DNA from: Macrostomum lignano
Lineage: Eukaryota
Direction: 5' to 3'
DNA: 64,000 nt
Assembly (NCBI GenBank): GCA_002269645.1
Contig: NIVC01000981.1
Coordinates: 191,801 to 255,800, forward strand
Of this stretch, positions 25,104 through 37,740 are shown one piece after another; position 1 is the stretch's first letter; every line of letters starts with the position of its first letter. Made by a program: the position numbers and the translations under genes. Below the pieces are notes generated by a model. That model saw only the letters and a list, made by a program, of their open reading frames with translations. It did not search any database and was not told the DNA's origin.

Positions 25104-26267
25104 AGCCTGCCTTCTAAATTGCTGCACTCTTTCCCATAAGCCGCAATTTCTGATGGATCATCAGCATCTGCAGTGCAGTGACTTGCAATTATACAATTGC
25201 AACATCCTATAAGTATTTTTCAGTTTAGATAACTATTTTTTGCGTCTAAACTTTGAATTATACGAGTTACATGATTTTATCTTATCTGTACTGTATATGT
25301 TTTGAGCCATTCTAGATTTTGTTTTATTAGGCTAATCTTCTACTTTCAAAAAGCACTTATATTTTACTTGTTTTAATATGCCCCTATTTAAATGAATGTG
25401 AACTGTCTCAATGCATGGCGATTTTGGTTAAATAGATTTTTAGTTGCTAACGTTGTCATCAACTCTTGCTCTCAGTTCAGTTTTCTCAGTTCATGCATAC
25501 TTGTTAAATTATTTGTATCGTAGTATTATTTAGTTGAAAGATCTTGTATAGTTGCGTGCTTGATGTGAGAAATAATCAATTTCGTATGCGCTTTAACATT
25601 TTGGAATTATATGTAATGATTTCGCGAAATCTGAACAACAAGAACAGTAAAAGTCCGTCCTTCCACCAGCAGAAGTAAATCGCAAAAATAAACTAGACGG
25701 CAAAACACGTTTTCATTTCGGCAAAAGGGAATTCCGTTTTTAAAACTATACAAGAACCTCGTGAAAATGGTATTTCAGGATTTTCAGTTTTCAGAATTTG
25801 TTATTAATTTTTCTTCGCATTAAAAATTCCCTGCAAATGGGTGCATAAACTTGCATAATGGATACAAGCAAATTCATTTCAATGGTAAAAAGCATATTCG
25901 AAATAATTATCCCATTAACATTAAGCACGTATGGTTTAACACTGCCTTTTAAAAACGATTGGGAATATTGGGAATAAGTTAAACGTTGAATCGTTCTTCC
26001 CTAGACCCTTAGGTCAGACCACAAGCCCTCCCCTCCCTGCCCCTCCCTCTGCACCGCAAACACGAACCCCCCGTCTAGCCCTCGACCAATCATGAGTAGT
26101 TGAGCGGTTTCAGCCAATAGGATTCCGCCTGGCGTCCTAACTGGTTCCAGCCATTAGTTTATCTCCTTATATACTAATAACTTTTTAGAGCGCCAGCCGC
26201 TTGAAAGTAACTCCGTTATTTTCTTTGCTCTGATTTTATTTCTGCTTTTCTACTAAAAACTTTAACA

Positions 26268-27639
26268 ATGTATCATCTACTGAAAGGACCCATTATGCGC
26301 ATCAACGTGTCTAGAGACGACCACAGTCATCTCATTGGGAAAAAGGGTAGCTTCCATAAGAAGCTTCAGGTGGCATCCAAGACCCTGATCAACTTTCCAG
26401 AAGTTGTCAACAAAGGCCGAAAGTTAAAAGGCAATTCGGAAGATGCTTTTATCCAGAGCGACTCTAGTTCATCATCTGCTGATACGCCTGGCATGTCGCG
26501 ATCAGACGAGGTTGTCATCACTCCGGCCGAGCTCGATTTAAAACGCGAGCCATGCCCTCCAGAAGCGGAAGATCGTCTGGCCGAGGTTCTGACCGCGTCG
26601 GTGCAAAACATCCGACGAAACCAGCTAGTCATCATCCGCATGGTATTTCCTAGTCTGCAATCGATTTCGGATGCCATCGCAAACGAGCTTAGTCGAATAG
26701 CTTCCATTGCTTGCTACGAATCAATCTCTATTTCCGTCGAGAAGGAAGCTCCCGCCACTTTTGTGCTCCGCGGCATCATGGAGAGCGGCTCTAAGGTTGT
26801 CTTTGTTGCCAATCTCATTCAGGAGAGCCTAGTTCGCAAGTTCAACCAGCCAATGTCGAAGCTCTACACTGCGGATCGCATTCCCGTCAATCACTGGAAC
26901 CAGGTAGTCCAGACTGTCAACGGAGCGATTCCAAAGAGCTTCCAACTATCCAGCATTGAATCCTCCACGCCAGCCGCCGCTGTGCACGCATTTTTCAAAG
27001 ACATCGGTGTCACTATCGAGCTGAAAGACGACTCCGTTGTGGAAATTTCTAGCCAGGATCCGATGAAGGTTCTAAAGACGAAGATTCTGCTGACCAACTC
27101 GCTGCCAATCAGCATGCTGATCGCTTCCAACACAGTGTCTGAGAATCTGACCGACTCAAACGCTATTCAAATCCTCGAGGATGTCTACAAAGTTCGAATC
27201 AAGTGCAACATCGGCGATGCATTCGGCAGCTCGAATGCGGCATTCAGCGATTCGGCTTATTTCAAACGATTCTTTGTCGGCCAGAAGATTTCTTTGGAGA
27301 CGCACGAATCGAATATTGCTGCACTATTCGATGTAAAATGGCTGCTTTCGCAGAAAAACATGCCACAGCTTTTGTCGCTATGGCAACGAGTTCGGCTTAG
27401 TTGGCCAAAGGCTAATTGTCCAGAGCTGCCATTCTATTTGAATTCGCCGAAGCAGTTCGTCATGGCTAACGCTCGCTCCGGCCCGCGCTCGCCTGAACTC
27501 CGGCAGCCGGCGAATTCCGAGCAGCAGCAGCAGCAGCGGCAGCAGCTGCGTATTCGACCAGCGGCTCTGCTGCTTCGACCCACTAAGCCAGTTCTGCCGT
27601 CGTCTGACCTGCTGAGGAACCTGCAGATATTTGAGTCTG
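26268..27639 (+). CDS. Divergent Bicaudal-C-family KH RNA-binding protein, exon 1
   Basis: RINVSRDDHSHLIGKKG...INFP resembles BicC KH1 (LDVSHTEHSHVIGKGG...IHFP). IQILEDVYKVRI and ISLETHESNIAALFDVKWLL resemble the BicC KH-like repeats. Donor G|GTGAGT at 27640. Confidence 0.75.
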
Positions 27640-27981
27640 GTGAGTTAGCTGCTTTTGCATCTTTGTTCGTAACTTTTTTCTAACCTGTGTACTTTTGGAA
27701 CTCTTTAGCCAACAATAAACATTTGAATTGGCGCCGTCCTTTCTTTTTCTTTTCTTTTTTCTTTTATTTTGATTGGCGTTAAATATTTATAATTTTATTT
27801 TTAATATGGCGCCACGCCACATTTTGTTCATGTTTATTTGGCGCCAGTTTTTCTTCGTTTGGATTTGGCGCTAAATTTTCTTAATTTTGACTCGGCGCCA
27901 GATTTTCTTCGTCTGGATTTGGCGCCAACTTTTGCTCTATTCGATACGACACCTCATCCCCTCTCTGCACACTCAACGCAG

Positions 27982-28188
27982 AGTCCCATCGGCTCCGAGC
28001 TCAGCCAGTGCTTCATTCGAACTCGAATTCGAGCCAGCCGAATCCATGCCGCCGCCGGCCGCAGGAGGCGCCGCTGTCAGCTCGAAAACTGGCGCCCGAC
28101 ACTGCGGCTTGGCGCTACGGCGGCGAGGCCGACGATGAAGAGGATCTTATGATGGAGATTCGCCTGCGGCATCTTCGGCTGCAGATCG
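27982..28188 (+). CDS. BicC-like protein, exon 2
   Basis: Acceptor CAACGCAG|; phase 1 join enters ORF 28008-28211. Ends at donor G|GTGAGC (28189), or reads on to TGA at 28211. Confidence 0.6.
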
Positions 28189-28419
28189 GTGAGCAGCAGA
28201 GTGAGAACTGACTGGTCTTAACTAACTTTATCTCTTAATTTAATTAATTTTTATTTCTCCGCGCATTTTGTTTGAATTGAAAGTGCAGGTCGCTCACTTC
28301 CATTTTTATTCTATTCCCAAATCCCAATCAATCGTTTTAACTTTATGATCCTAACAACGTTAAAATCCCATGTGGAGAATAGAAACTTTAATCTACAGAT
28401 TAGAATCCGAAATGATTTA

Positions 28420-28950
28420 TCCCCCATCAATAATCCCAAATCCCCAATCAATAAACTCAAATCCCCAATCAATAATCCCAAATCCCCATCAATAATCCCG
28501 AATCCCCAATCAATAATCCCAAATCTCCAATCAACAATCCCCAATCAACAATCCCCAATCCCCAATCCCCAATCAATAATCCCAAATCCCCAATCAATAA
28601 TCCCAAATCCCCATCAATAATCCCGAATCCCCAATCAATAATCCCAAATCCCCAATCAACAATCCCCAATCCCCAATCAATAATCCCAAATCCCCAATCA
28701 ATAATCCCAAATCCCCATCAATAATCCCGAATCCCCAATCAATAATCCCAAATCCCCAATCAACAATCCCCAATCCCCAATCAATAATCCCAAATCCCCA
28801 ATCAATAATCCCTAATCCCCAATCAACAATCCCAAATTCCCACCCATCAATAATTCCAAAACCCAATCAATAATTCCAAATCCCAAATCCCCAATCAAAA
28901 ATCCGAAATCCCAATCAATAATCCTAATTCCTCAATAAATTATCTCAAAT
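28420..28950. repeat. AATCCC-rich minisatellite (AATCCCCAATCAATAATCCCA)
   Basis: Directly visible; lies in the putative last intron of the BicC-like gene. Confidence 0.92.
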
Positions 28951-28995
28951 CCTCAAAACCCCATTGTTTTCATTTTCACGTCTTCACCTCTGCAG

Positions 28996-29018
28996 TAATT
29001 CAATATGTGGCTTTATAA
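28996..29018 (+). CDS. BicC-like protein, candidate terminal exon (VIQYVAL*)
   Basis: Acceptor TCTTCACCTCTGCAG|, phase-compatible. AATAAA at ~29354. Confidence 0.4.
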
Positions 29019-30044
29019 TACTGTAATTTGGCTTTATTTTCATACTGTTAATTTTATTGTCTATTTATTAATTATTTTATCATCGTTTTCCGTCAGCTAT
29101 TCGGGACTGATTTGATCATGCTTACGACTTACTACTATAAGTATATGAGGAAATATGTTTAAATTCTCGAATTCGCATTGAAAACCATATAAAGCGCTAG
29201 AATTTAACGAAGTTCGAAATGCTTTCTTTTATTGGTTAATTATTAATATTGCTCGAAAAGCCATTAGAATGAAACTGCATTGCAATGTGTTTTTTATTTT
29301 TGTTTTATTGTTTTTATTGCGGCAATTATGTACTTTTAATTGTGTTTTTTGTAAATAAAACTGTTCAATTGCTGCCAGTGCTTTTCTCGGCCAATTTGTT
29401 GTTATTTTCTAAAAAAGTACGATATACTTACTGTTTATCCTATTGTCAGTAGAATTCTTTGATTATTTGTCGTAAAATTTTAAAGATAAAGTGAGAAAAA
29501 TCGTCTGTTTAACGAAGCTACGTGGAACGATGTGGTAAAGGAAAAGCAGTTTAATTTCTGAATATAATTACTATTTTAATTATTACTGCAGTGCAGCAAT
29601 TGTCTAGTTGAAGTACTCGAATTCTACACAACGCAGCAATTAAAGCAGCTATGCATCATGCATAATGAGACAAAATTCGCTGTGCATAAAAATGTACATT
29701 TAGTTGCTGTCTTGAGTCCCTTGACCACAATACGCTATCAATTTGTGAGTACACGTACACCGCAAAGTGGCCAAAAAAGGTTTGCAATTGTGTGCACCAA
29801 CCCGCTCTCTCTGAGCTCTATTCGAAGGCCACACATTCTTAGCAACGCAGCTCTTCCTACTTGTGGCCTGTATCTAAGAGCAGGTTTTAAGCTTATCTAA
29901 CTGTGTCTTCTCAAGAGAATCGAGTGTGTAGAAGTAGACTTTGCTGCCGAGAAGTGTAAGTTATTGGCTGTCAATTGTGCTTTAAGATATGGATTAGTGG
30001 CAGCTTTTGCCACCGTTTTTTGAGCTTTTTTGTGTTAGACAATT

Positions 30045-33000
30045 GTAGCCTGAACATCTGTTAGACACAGCTGGCGTATCTGTTAGGCAGTTAGTTGGCA
30101 CCTGTTAGACACAACTGGGGCACCTGTTTATAGACACAGCCGGGGCAACTGTACATGTTAGAGACTGCAGCCGGGGCACCTCTTAGACACAGCTGGGAGG
30201 TACCTGTTAGACATAGCCGGGGCAACTGTTATACACAACTGGGGGCACCTTTTAGACACGTCAGCTGAGAGGTAACTGTTAGACACAATTGGGAACCTGT
30301 TGGACACAACTGGAGCAGCTGTTAGACACAGCCGGGGGGGCACCTGTTAGACACAGCCGGGGGGCACCTGTTAGACACAGCCGGGGGCACCTGTTAGACA
30401 CAGCCGGGGGGCAGCTGTTAGACACAGCCGGGGGCACCTGTTAGACACAGCCGGGGGGCACCTGTTAGACACAGCCGGGGGGCAGCTGTTAGACACAGCC
30501 GGGGGCACCTGTTAGACACAGCCGGTGGGCACCTGTTAGACACAGCCGGGGGCCGCACCTGTTAGACACAGCCGGGGGCACCTGTTCGACACAGCCGGGG
30601 GGCAGCTGTTAGACACAGCCGGGGGGCACCTGTTAGACACAGCCGGGGGGCCGCACCTGTTAGACACAGCCGGGGGCACCTGTTAGACACAGCCGGGGGC
30701 ACCTGTTAGACACAGCCGGGGGGCACCTGTTAGACACAGCCGGGGGGCACCTGTTAGACACAGCCGGGGGCACCTGTTAGACACAGCCGGGGGGCAGCTG
30801 TTAGACACAGCCGGGGGCACCTGTTAGACACAGCCGGGGGCAGCTGTTAGACACAGCCGGGGGGCACCTGTTAGACACAACTGGGGGGCACCTGTTAGAC
30901 ACAGCCAGGGGGGCAGCTGTTAGACACAGCCGGGGGTACCTGTTAGACACAGCCGGGGGGGGCAGCTGTTAGACACAGCCGGGGGGCACCTGTTAGACAC
31001 AGCCGGGGGGCAGCTGTTAGACACAGCCGGGGGGCACCTGTTAGACACAGCCGGGGGCACCTGTTAGACACAGCCGGGGGGCAGCTGTTAGACACAGCCG
31101 GGGGGCACCTGTTAGACACAGCCGGGGGCACCTGTTAGACACAGCCGGGGGGCAGCTGTTAGACACAGCCGGGGGCACCTGTTAGACACAGCCGGGGGGG
31201 CACCTGTTAGACACAGCCGGGGGCACCTGTTAGACACAGCCGGGGGCACCTGTTAGACACAGCCGGGGGGCACCTGTTAGACACAGCCGGGAGGGCAGCT
31301 GTTAGACACAGCCGGGGGGCACCTGTTAGACACAGCCGGGGGGCACCTGTTAGACACAGCCGGGGGGCCGCACCTGTTAGACACAGCCGGGGGCACCTGT
31401 TAGACACAGCCGGGGGGGCAGCTGTTAGACACAGCCGGGGGGCACCTGTTAGACACAGCCGGGGGCACCTGTTAGACACAGCCGGGGGGCACCTGTTAGA
31501 CACAGCCGGGGGCACCTGTTAGACACAGCCGGGGGGCACCTGTTAGACACAGCCGGGGGGCCGCACCTGTTAGACACAGCCGGGGGCACCTGTTAGACAC
31601 AGCCGGGGGGCACCTGTTAGACACAGCCGGGGGCAGCTGTTAGACACAGCCGGGGGGCCGCACCTGTTAGACACAGCCGGGGGCACCTGTTAGACACAGC
31701 TGGGGGGCACCTGTTAGACAGCTGGGGGGCACCTGTTAGACACAGCCGGGGGGCACCTGTTAGACACAGCCGGGGGCCGCAACTGTTAGACACAGCCGGG
31801 GGCACCTGTTAGACACAGCTGGGGGGCACCTGTTAGACAGCTGGGGGGCACCTGTTAGACACAGCCGGGGGCACCTGTTAGACACAGCCGGGGGGCACCT
31901 GTTAGACACAGCCGGGGGGCAGCTGTTAGACACAGCCGGGGGGCACCTGTTAGACACAGCCGGGGGGCACCTGTTAGACACAGCCGGAGGGCACCTGTTA
32001 GACACAGCCGGGGGGCAGCTGTTAGACACAGCCGGGGGGCACCTGTTAGACACAGCCGGGGGGCAGCTGTTAGACACAGCCGGGGGGCACCTGTTAGACA
32101 CAGCCGGGGGCACCTGTTAGACACAGCCGGGGGGCAGCTGTTAGACACAGCCGGGGGCACCTGTTAGACACAGCCGGGGGGCACCTGTTAGACACAGCCG
32201 GGGGGCAGCTGTTAGACACAGCCGGGGGCACCTGTTAGACACAGCCGGGGGCACCTGTTAGACACAGCCGGGGGCCGCACCTGTTAGACACAGCCGGGGG
32301 CACCTGTTAGACACAGCCGGGGGGCAGCTGTTAGACACAGCCGGGGGCACCTGTTAGACACAGCCGGGGGGCAGCTGTTAGACACAGCCGGGGGGCACCT
32401 GTTAGACACAGCCGGGGGGCAGCTGTTAGACACAGCCGGGGGCACCTGTTAGACACAGCCGGGGGGCAGCTGTTAGACACAGCCGGGGGCACCTGTTAGA
32501 CACAGCCGGGGGCGACTGTTAGACACAGCCGGGGGCACCTGTTAGACACAGCCGGGGGCACCTGTTAGACACAGCCGGGGGGGCAGCTGTTAGACACAGC
32601 CGGGGGCACCTGTTAGACACAGCCGGGGGCACCTGTTAGACACAGCCGGGGGGCCGCACCTGTTAGACACAGCCGGGGGCACCTGTTAGACACAGCCGGG
32701 GGGCAGCTGTTAGACACAGCCGGGGGGCACCTGTTAGACACAGCCGGGGGCCGCACCTGTTAGACACAGCCGGGGGGCACCTGTTAGACACAGCTGGGGG
32801 GCACCTGTTAGACACAGCCGGGGGGCAGCTGTTAGACACAGCCGGGGGGCACCTGTTAGACACAGCCGGGGGGGCAGCTGTTAGACACAGCCGGGGGGCA
32901 GCTGTTAGACACAGCCGGGGGCACCTGTTAGACACAGCCGGGGGCACCTGTTAGACACAGCCGGGGGGGGCACCTGTTAGACACAGCCGGGGGGGGCAGC

Positions 33001-34237
33001 TGTTAGACACAGCCGGGGGCACCTGTTCGACACAGCCGGGGGCACCTGTTAGACACAGCTGGGGGGCACCTGTTAGACACAGCCGGGGGGCAGCTGTTAG
33101 ACACAGCCGGGGGCACCTGTTAGACACAGCCGGGGGGCACCTGTTAGACACAGCCGGGGGCACCTGTTAGACACAGCCGGGGGCACCTGTTAGACACAGC
33201 CGGGGGCACCTGTTAGACACAGCCGGGGGCACCTGTTAGACACAGCCGGGGGCAGCTGTTAGACACAGCCGGGGGGCACCTGTTAGACACAGCCGGGGGC
33301 ACCTGTTAGACACAGCCGGGGGGCACCTGTTAGACACAGCCGGGGGCACCTGTTAGACACAGCCGGGGGGCACCTGTTAGACACAGCCGGGGGGCAGCTG
33401 TTAGACACAGCCGGGGGCAGCTGTTAGACACAGCCGGGGGGGGGCAGCTGTTAGACACAGCCGGGGGGGGCAGCTGTTAGACACAGCCGGGGGGCACCTG
33501 TTAGACACAGCCAGGGGGCCGCACCTGTTAGACACAGCCGGGGGCACCTGTTAGACACAGCCGGGGGGCAGCTGTTAGACACAGCCGGGGGCACCTGTTA
33601 GACACAGCCGGGGGCCGCACCTGTTAGACACAGCCGGGGGCACCTGTTAGACACAGCCGGGGGGCACCTGTTAGACAGCTGGGGGGCACCTGTTAGACAC
33701 AGCCGGGGGCACCTGTTAGACACAGCTGGGGGCACCTGTTAGACACAGCTGGGGGGCACCTGTTAGACACAGCTGGGGGGCACCTGTTAGACACAGCCGG
33801 GGGCACCTGTTAGACACAGCCGGAGGCACCTGTTAGACACAGCCGGGGGGCAGCTGTTAGACACAGCCGGGGGGCACCTGTTAGACACAGCCGGGGGGCA
33901 CCAGTTAGACACAGCCGGGGGCACCTGTTAGACACAGCCGGGGGGCAGCTGTTAGACACAGCCGGGGGGCACCTGTTAGACACAGCCGGGGGCCGCACCT
34001 GTTAGACACAGCCGGGGGCCGCACCTGTTAGACACAGCCGGGGGCACCTGTTAGACACAGCTGGGGGGCACCTGTTAGACACAGCTGGGGGGCACCTGTT
34101 AGACACAGCCGGGGGGCACCTGTTCGACACAGCCGGGGGCACCTGTTAGACACAGCCGGAGGCACCTGTTCGACACAGCCGGGGGCACCTGTTAGACACA
34201 GCCGGGGGTACCTGTTCGACACAGCCGGGGGCACCTG
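30045..34237. repeat. 4.2-kb 23-26-bp minisatellite (CACCTGTTAGACACAGCCGGGGGG), ~180 units
   Basis: Directly visible. Variant units CACCTG / CAGCTG / CCGCACCTG, variable G-run length, degenerate left edge. Unit count estimated from length. Confidence 0.98.
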
Positions 34238-34377
34238 ATAAAAGCTTGAGTCGATAAAGTCGTCCCTAAAGCTGGTCTCCTGTTTCTGTTTAAATTTTCT
34301 AGATATTTTAAGCCCAAAATGTCGTTGGGTTCGCCTTATCCCTATTCCTATAATTTTCATACATTTTTCTAGTTGCC

Positions 34378-34647
34378 ATGGAGACGTACCGCTTTGCCTG
34401 TCCCGGCGCCCCGGCCTGCCACCGTGCCTACGCGGAGCCGCAGGCGCTGAAGGCGCACACCCTGTGCTGCGAGCACGCCCAGGCTCGAATCCTGCCAGCC
34501 TGGAACGCCAGCATGACGCCAGCCCAGGGATTTGCCGCCTCGCGCGTCTTCTATCACGACAGGAGTCTGGGCAACATCACTATCTGCCGGCGCGGCGTTG
34601 TAGAGTTCAACCGAGGTCGCGACCGCTTCATACATTCGTCCTATTGA
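34378..34647 (+). CDS. Small hypothetical protein (89 aa) with an N-terminal C2HC zinc-finger-like motif
   Basis: Strongly GC3-biased codons on +. Acceptor TTTTTCTAG| at 34372, then GCCATGG. Motif C-x5-C-x12-H-x3-C (CPGAPAC HRAYAEPQALKA H TLC C). Confidence 0.75.
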   Translation: METYRFACPGAPACHRAYAEPQALKAHTLCCEHAQARILPAWNASMTPAQGFAASRVFYHDRSLGNITICRRGVVEFNRGRDRFIHSSY

Positions 34648-35904
34648 ATTTTGATTCAAATCGACCATTGAGTAGAACTGGGAATTCAGATTTTAATAGC
34701 TTCAAAACAAATTAATATTTTTAGTAGTTCATCGGAAATCATGCTACTTTAAGTAGCGAAAACGAGTTTTTTTCGTAATACTTCCTACCGTGTAGAAAAA
34801 AAAACTTAAAACAGATTTTCTATAAAACTTTTAAATAGACTCAGAAGCTGTACAAAATCAATGATCCAGTTTTTTATTTGTTAGAACTTTTATTTTTCCA
34901 GACAAGTAGAGGTTCGAGTTTCTTACCTTATCATAAAAGTACAAAATATTTTAGCTACACTCGTATAACAAATTTATTCGAAGGTAAAAATACATGTTTA
35001 CATATATTGCAATGGGAAATTTCCAACAGCGAATTATTAACAATTATACTAGAGAATTAATACAGAAAGTTTTACAACACAAAACTTGGCAGGCTTGAGG
35101 TTAACTTTAACTTTGAGACGGCATTTGATTTGTTATAATTGGCTACCCAGTCGATCAAACAGAGCAGTGATAAATAAATTAATAAGATCATCAGAACACT
35201 GATAAGATAACTTATCATTATAATTACAGATAAGCAAATTAATCCCTCTGTACAATCTGCGCTTCACAAATATAACTTTGTTAATATTGCTGCTTTGTTA
35301 AAATGGCATGGTCTAACATTTTTGACTAGATTGTGCGAGTGAGCAGATATATGAGCATGGCGGGGTGAATGAAATTTAGCCCAATTTAATCGCTGATTCG
35401 CAAAATTATGAGCTACGCAAAAGATACAGCTTCGAATAAAATTGCAATTCGCGCTATAGATTCTACTCATAAGTAGGAGAATTTGAGTTTTAAAAATCAA
35501 TCAAATACAGTTAGCAGATGAATTGTGACAATCCAGTACATGCGGAGAGACCTGAAAGACAAATTCTTGGCGATTTTTAGCCGCCCAAAAATTATTTTTC
35601 AAAATGTGCGCTCCAGAAATTATACTACTGTCGTTAATGGCGTCGTGAGTAGTATGTATACACTATCGTAGATATATGCGGCGATTTGTTCGCGGCATCA
35701 GACGACAACTTCATAAATGACTTTTCTTTGCCGGCCCGGGTGCAGGAATGTGCCGCTGTTGTCTGACCCCGACTCCAGGTCTGCAATCGGGGGTGACATT
35801 GGGAAGCGACATAAAATTAATTATCTGTAGCAATTGTGTAACAAAAATTTATATTGAAGGTTAAAACAAGTCTAAAAATCTTCTACGAACGATTGATGGG
35901 CATC

Positions 35905-36145
35905 AGGAGTGACTGCAGATGGGTGTCAGGAGTGTCTATAAATGGGTGTCAGGAGTGTCTATAAATGGATGTCAGTAGTGTCTATAAATGGGTGTCAGGA
36001 GTGTCTATAAATGAGTGTCAGGAGTATCTATAAATCGGTGTCAGGAGTGTCTATAGATGGGTGTCAGAAGTGTCTATAAATGGGTGTCAGGAGTGTCTAT
36101 AAATGGGTGTCAGTAGTGTCCATAGATGGGTGTCAGGAGTGACTA
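35905..36145. repeat. 23-bp minisatellite (ATGGGTGTCAGGAGTGTCTATAA), ~10 units
   Basis: Directly visible. Confidence 0.9.
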
Positions 36146-36996
36146 GATGCGTCTGGATTGATGGTTTATAGATATAGTTCTTGTAGAAGCAGAAATATTA
36201 GCATTTTTGTTGCCTAGCTGCTATTTACAACTACCAGTGTGAGTTGTGAATTACGATCTGCATTAGCGCCGCACTACTGACCAGCAGTATGAGTAGTATA
36301 GCTTTTATATAGTAAAGTTTCGAAGGTTAACAGGCTATGTGAGGTTTTGAGTCAAATTTATCCCACATAGTTCCGTAAACTGCTATCAGGTTGCCAATGT
36401 GATAGAATTAATTGAGAGGCCAGTTACAGGTGAGATTATCCCTGATTAATTGGTTAATTTCAGGGGTTCACAGACCATAATTACGACAATCGCATAGCTC
36501 CATTTCAATGCAATCTGATGCCAGGGAGCCTGTAATCAGATTTTGCCGAAAAAAAGCTTATAAAATTCCTATATTTCTACTGACTAGACTTCAGCTCAGT
36601 AGTTAAGTTTGTACATAACTATGCTTTCCGTTACACTGGGTTATAAAATCAAGTCGTATTCAGATTTAGGATTGACAAAGTGACCTCAGATGAACCTGAA
36701 CTGGCTCTGATGGCATGCTCAGGCTTGGCGTTTACCGAATATATAAAAATTCTAGTTGAACGCTGCCTAATAATGATATGCTAGTATCCTTAGCCATCAC
36801 TATAGCTTAATCCTAATCCGGGCCTATTCCTCTTGAATGAGCCGGGAGCCGGGACATCCACAGCCAATCAATCAGCCTTTGTGTGGGCCACCCCACCCTG
36901 GCTCAGGGCAGGCGAACTTGGCCCGACAGAATAAATTGATTCAATTAACGAATTTATCAACTTTAATGTGGAGTCTGAAGCACTGAACTTTGCTAA

Positions 36997-37109
36997 TCAA
37001 GTACGTGTTATACTCGTAAGTTGCTGATGTTTGTGGGATAAGTGCGGACGAAACAGTGCAGACTGTTCTTGAACTGAGGTTAGAAACTGACTGGTGTCTC
37101 TTCTAGAGA
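36997..37109 (-). CDS. Echinoid-like Ig/FN3 receptor, terminal exon
   Basis: Acceptor TCACCAG|; phase 1 join gives ISRRDTSQF...QQLTSITRT*. Confidence 0.55.
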
Positions 37110-37121
37110 CTGGTGATAGGC

Positions 37122-37410
37122 CCCTCCTCCCCTCTCTTCCGCCCCCTCTCTTCCCCCTCTCTTCTCCCCTCTCTTCCGCCCCCTCTCTTCCCCCTCTCTT
37201 CTCCCCCTCTCTTGCCCCCTCTCCTCCGCCCCTCTCTTCCGCCCCTCTTTTCCGCCCCTCTCTTCCGCCCCTCTTTTCCGCCCCTCTCTTCCGCCCCTCT
37301 CTTCCGCCCCTCTTTTCCGCCCCTCTTTTCCTTCCTTCCTCTCTTCCACCCTCTCTTCCGCCCCCTCTCTTCCGCCCCCTCTCCTCCACCCCTTCTCTTC
37401 CGCCCCCTCT
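37122..37410. repeat. CCCCTCTCTTCCG-type pyrimidine-rich repeat in the last intron
   Basis: Directly visible. Confidence 0.9.
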
Positions 37411-37497
37411 TGCCATTCAGGGATCTAATTCCAGCCTCTCTGCACTCCATCACTGGTAAATTTGAGATCCAGCTCACTGAGCGCAGAGGTCACTCAC

Positions 37498-37679
37498 TGT
37501 TATTCCCAACAATGGGATGATTCGCGCTGAGCAGAGTGCTGAACACCTTGTTGGTCTGGTCAATGGAGGTCTCGTCTGTGCTGGTCAGGCTGGGGTGGGG
37601 GGAGACCATGGCGTAGGGCTTGCCGGAGCTGAAGGACTTGTAGGTGGAGGCCATGAGGTCCGGCTCCGGGTGCCGGCGC
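37498..37679 (-). CDS. Echinoid-like receptor, cytoplasmic exon
   Basis: Acceptor CACCCGCAG|, phase 2. RRHPEPDLMASTYKSF...; donor A|GTGAGT. Confidence 0.75.
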
Positions 37680-37740
37680 CTGCGGGTGAGGAGATGGGAA
37701 GGAGCCGAGCTGGGTGGAGTGGCAGTTTTCAGATTCATAT

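Noticed and set aside
27725-27930. Degenerate TGGCGCC repeats in the BicC-like intron, roughly complementary to the DENN intron 4 array
   Set aside because: Different genes, and similarity is limited to a short core, so it cannot be called a pairing partner.
34369-34668. 99-aa ORF on the - strand opposite the zinc-finger gene
   Set aside because: Antisense shadow of a GC3-rich ORF; codon bias, splice acceptor and motif all favour the + strand.
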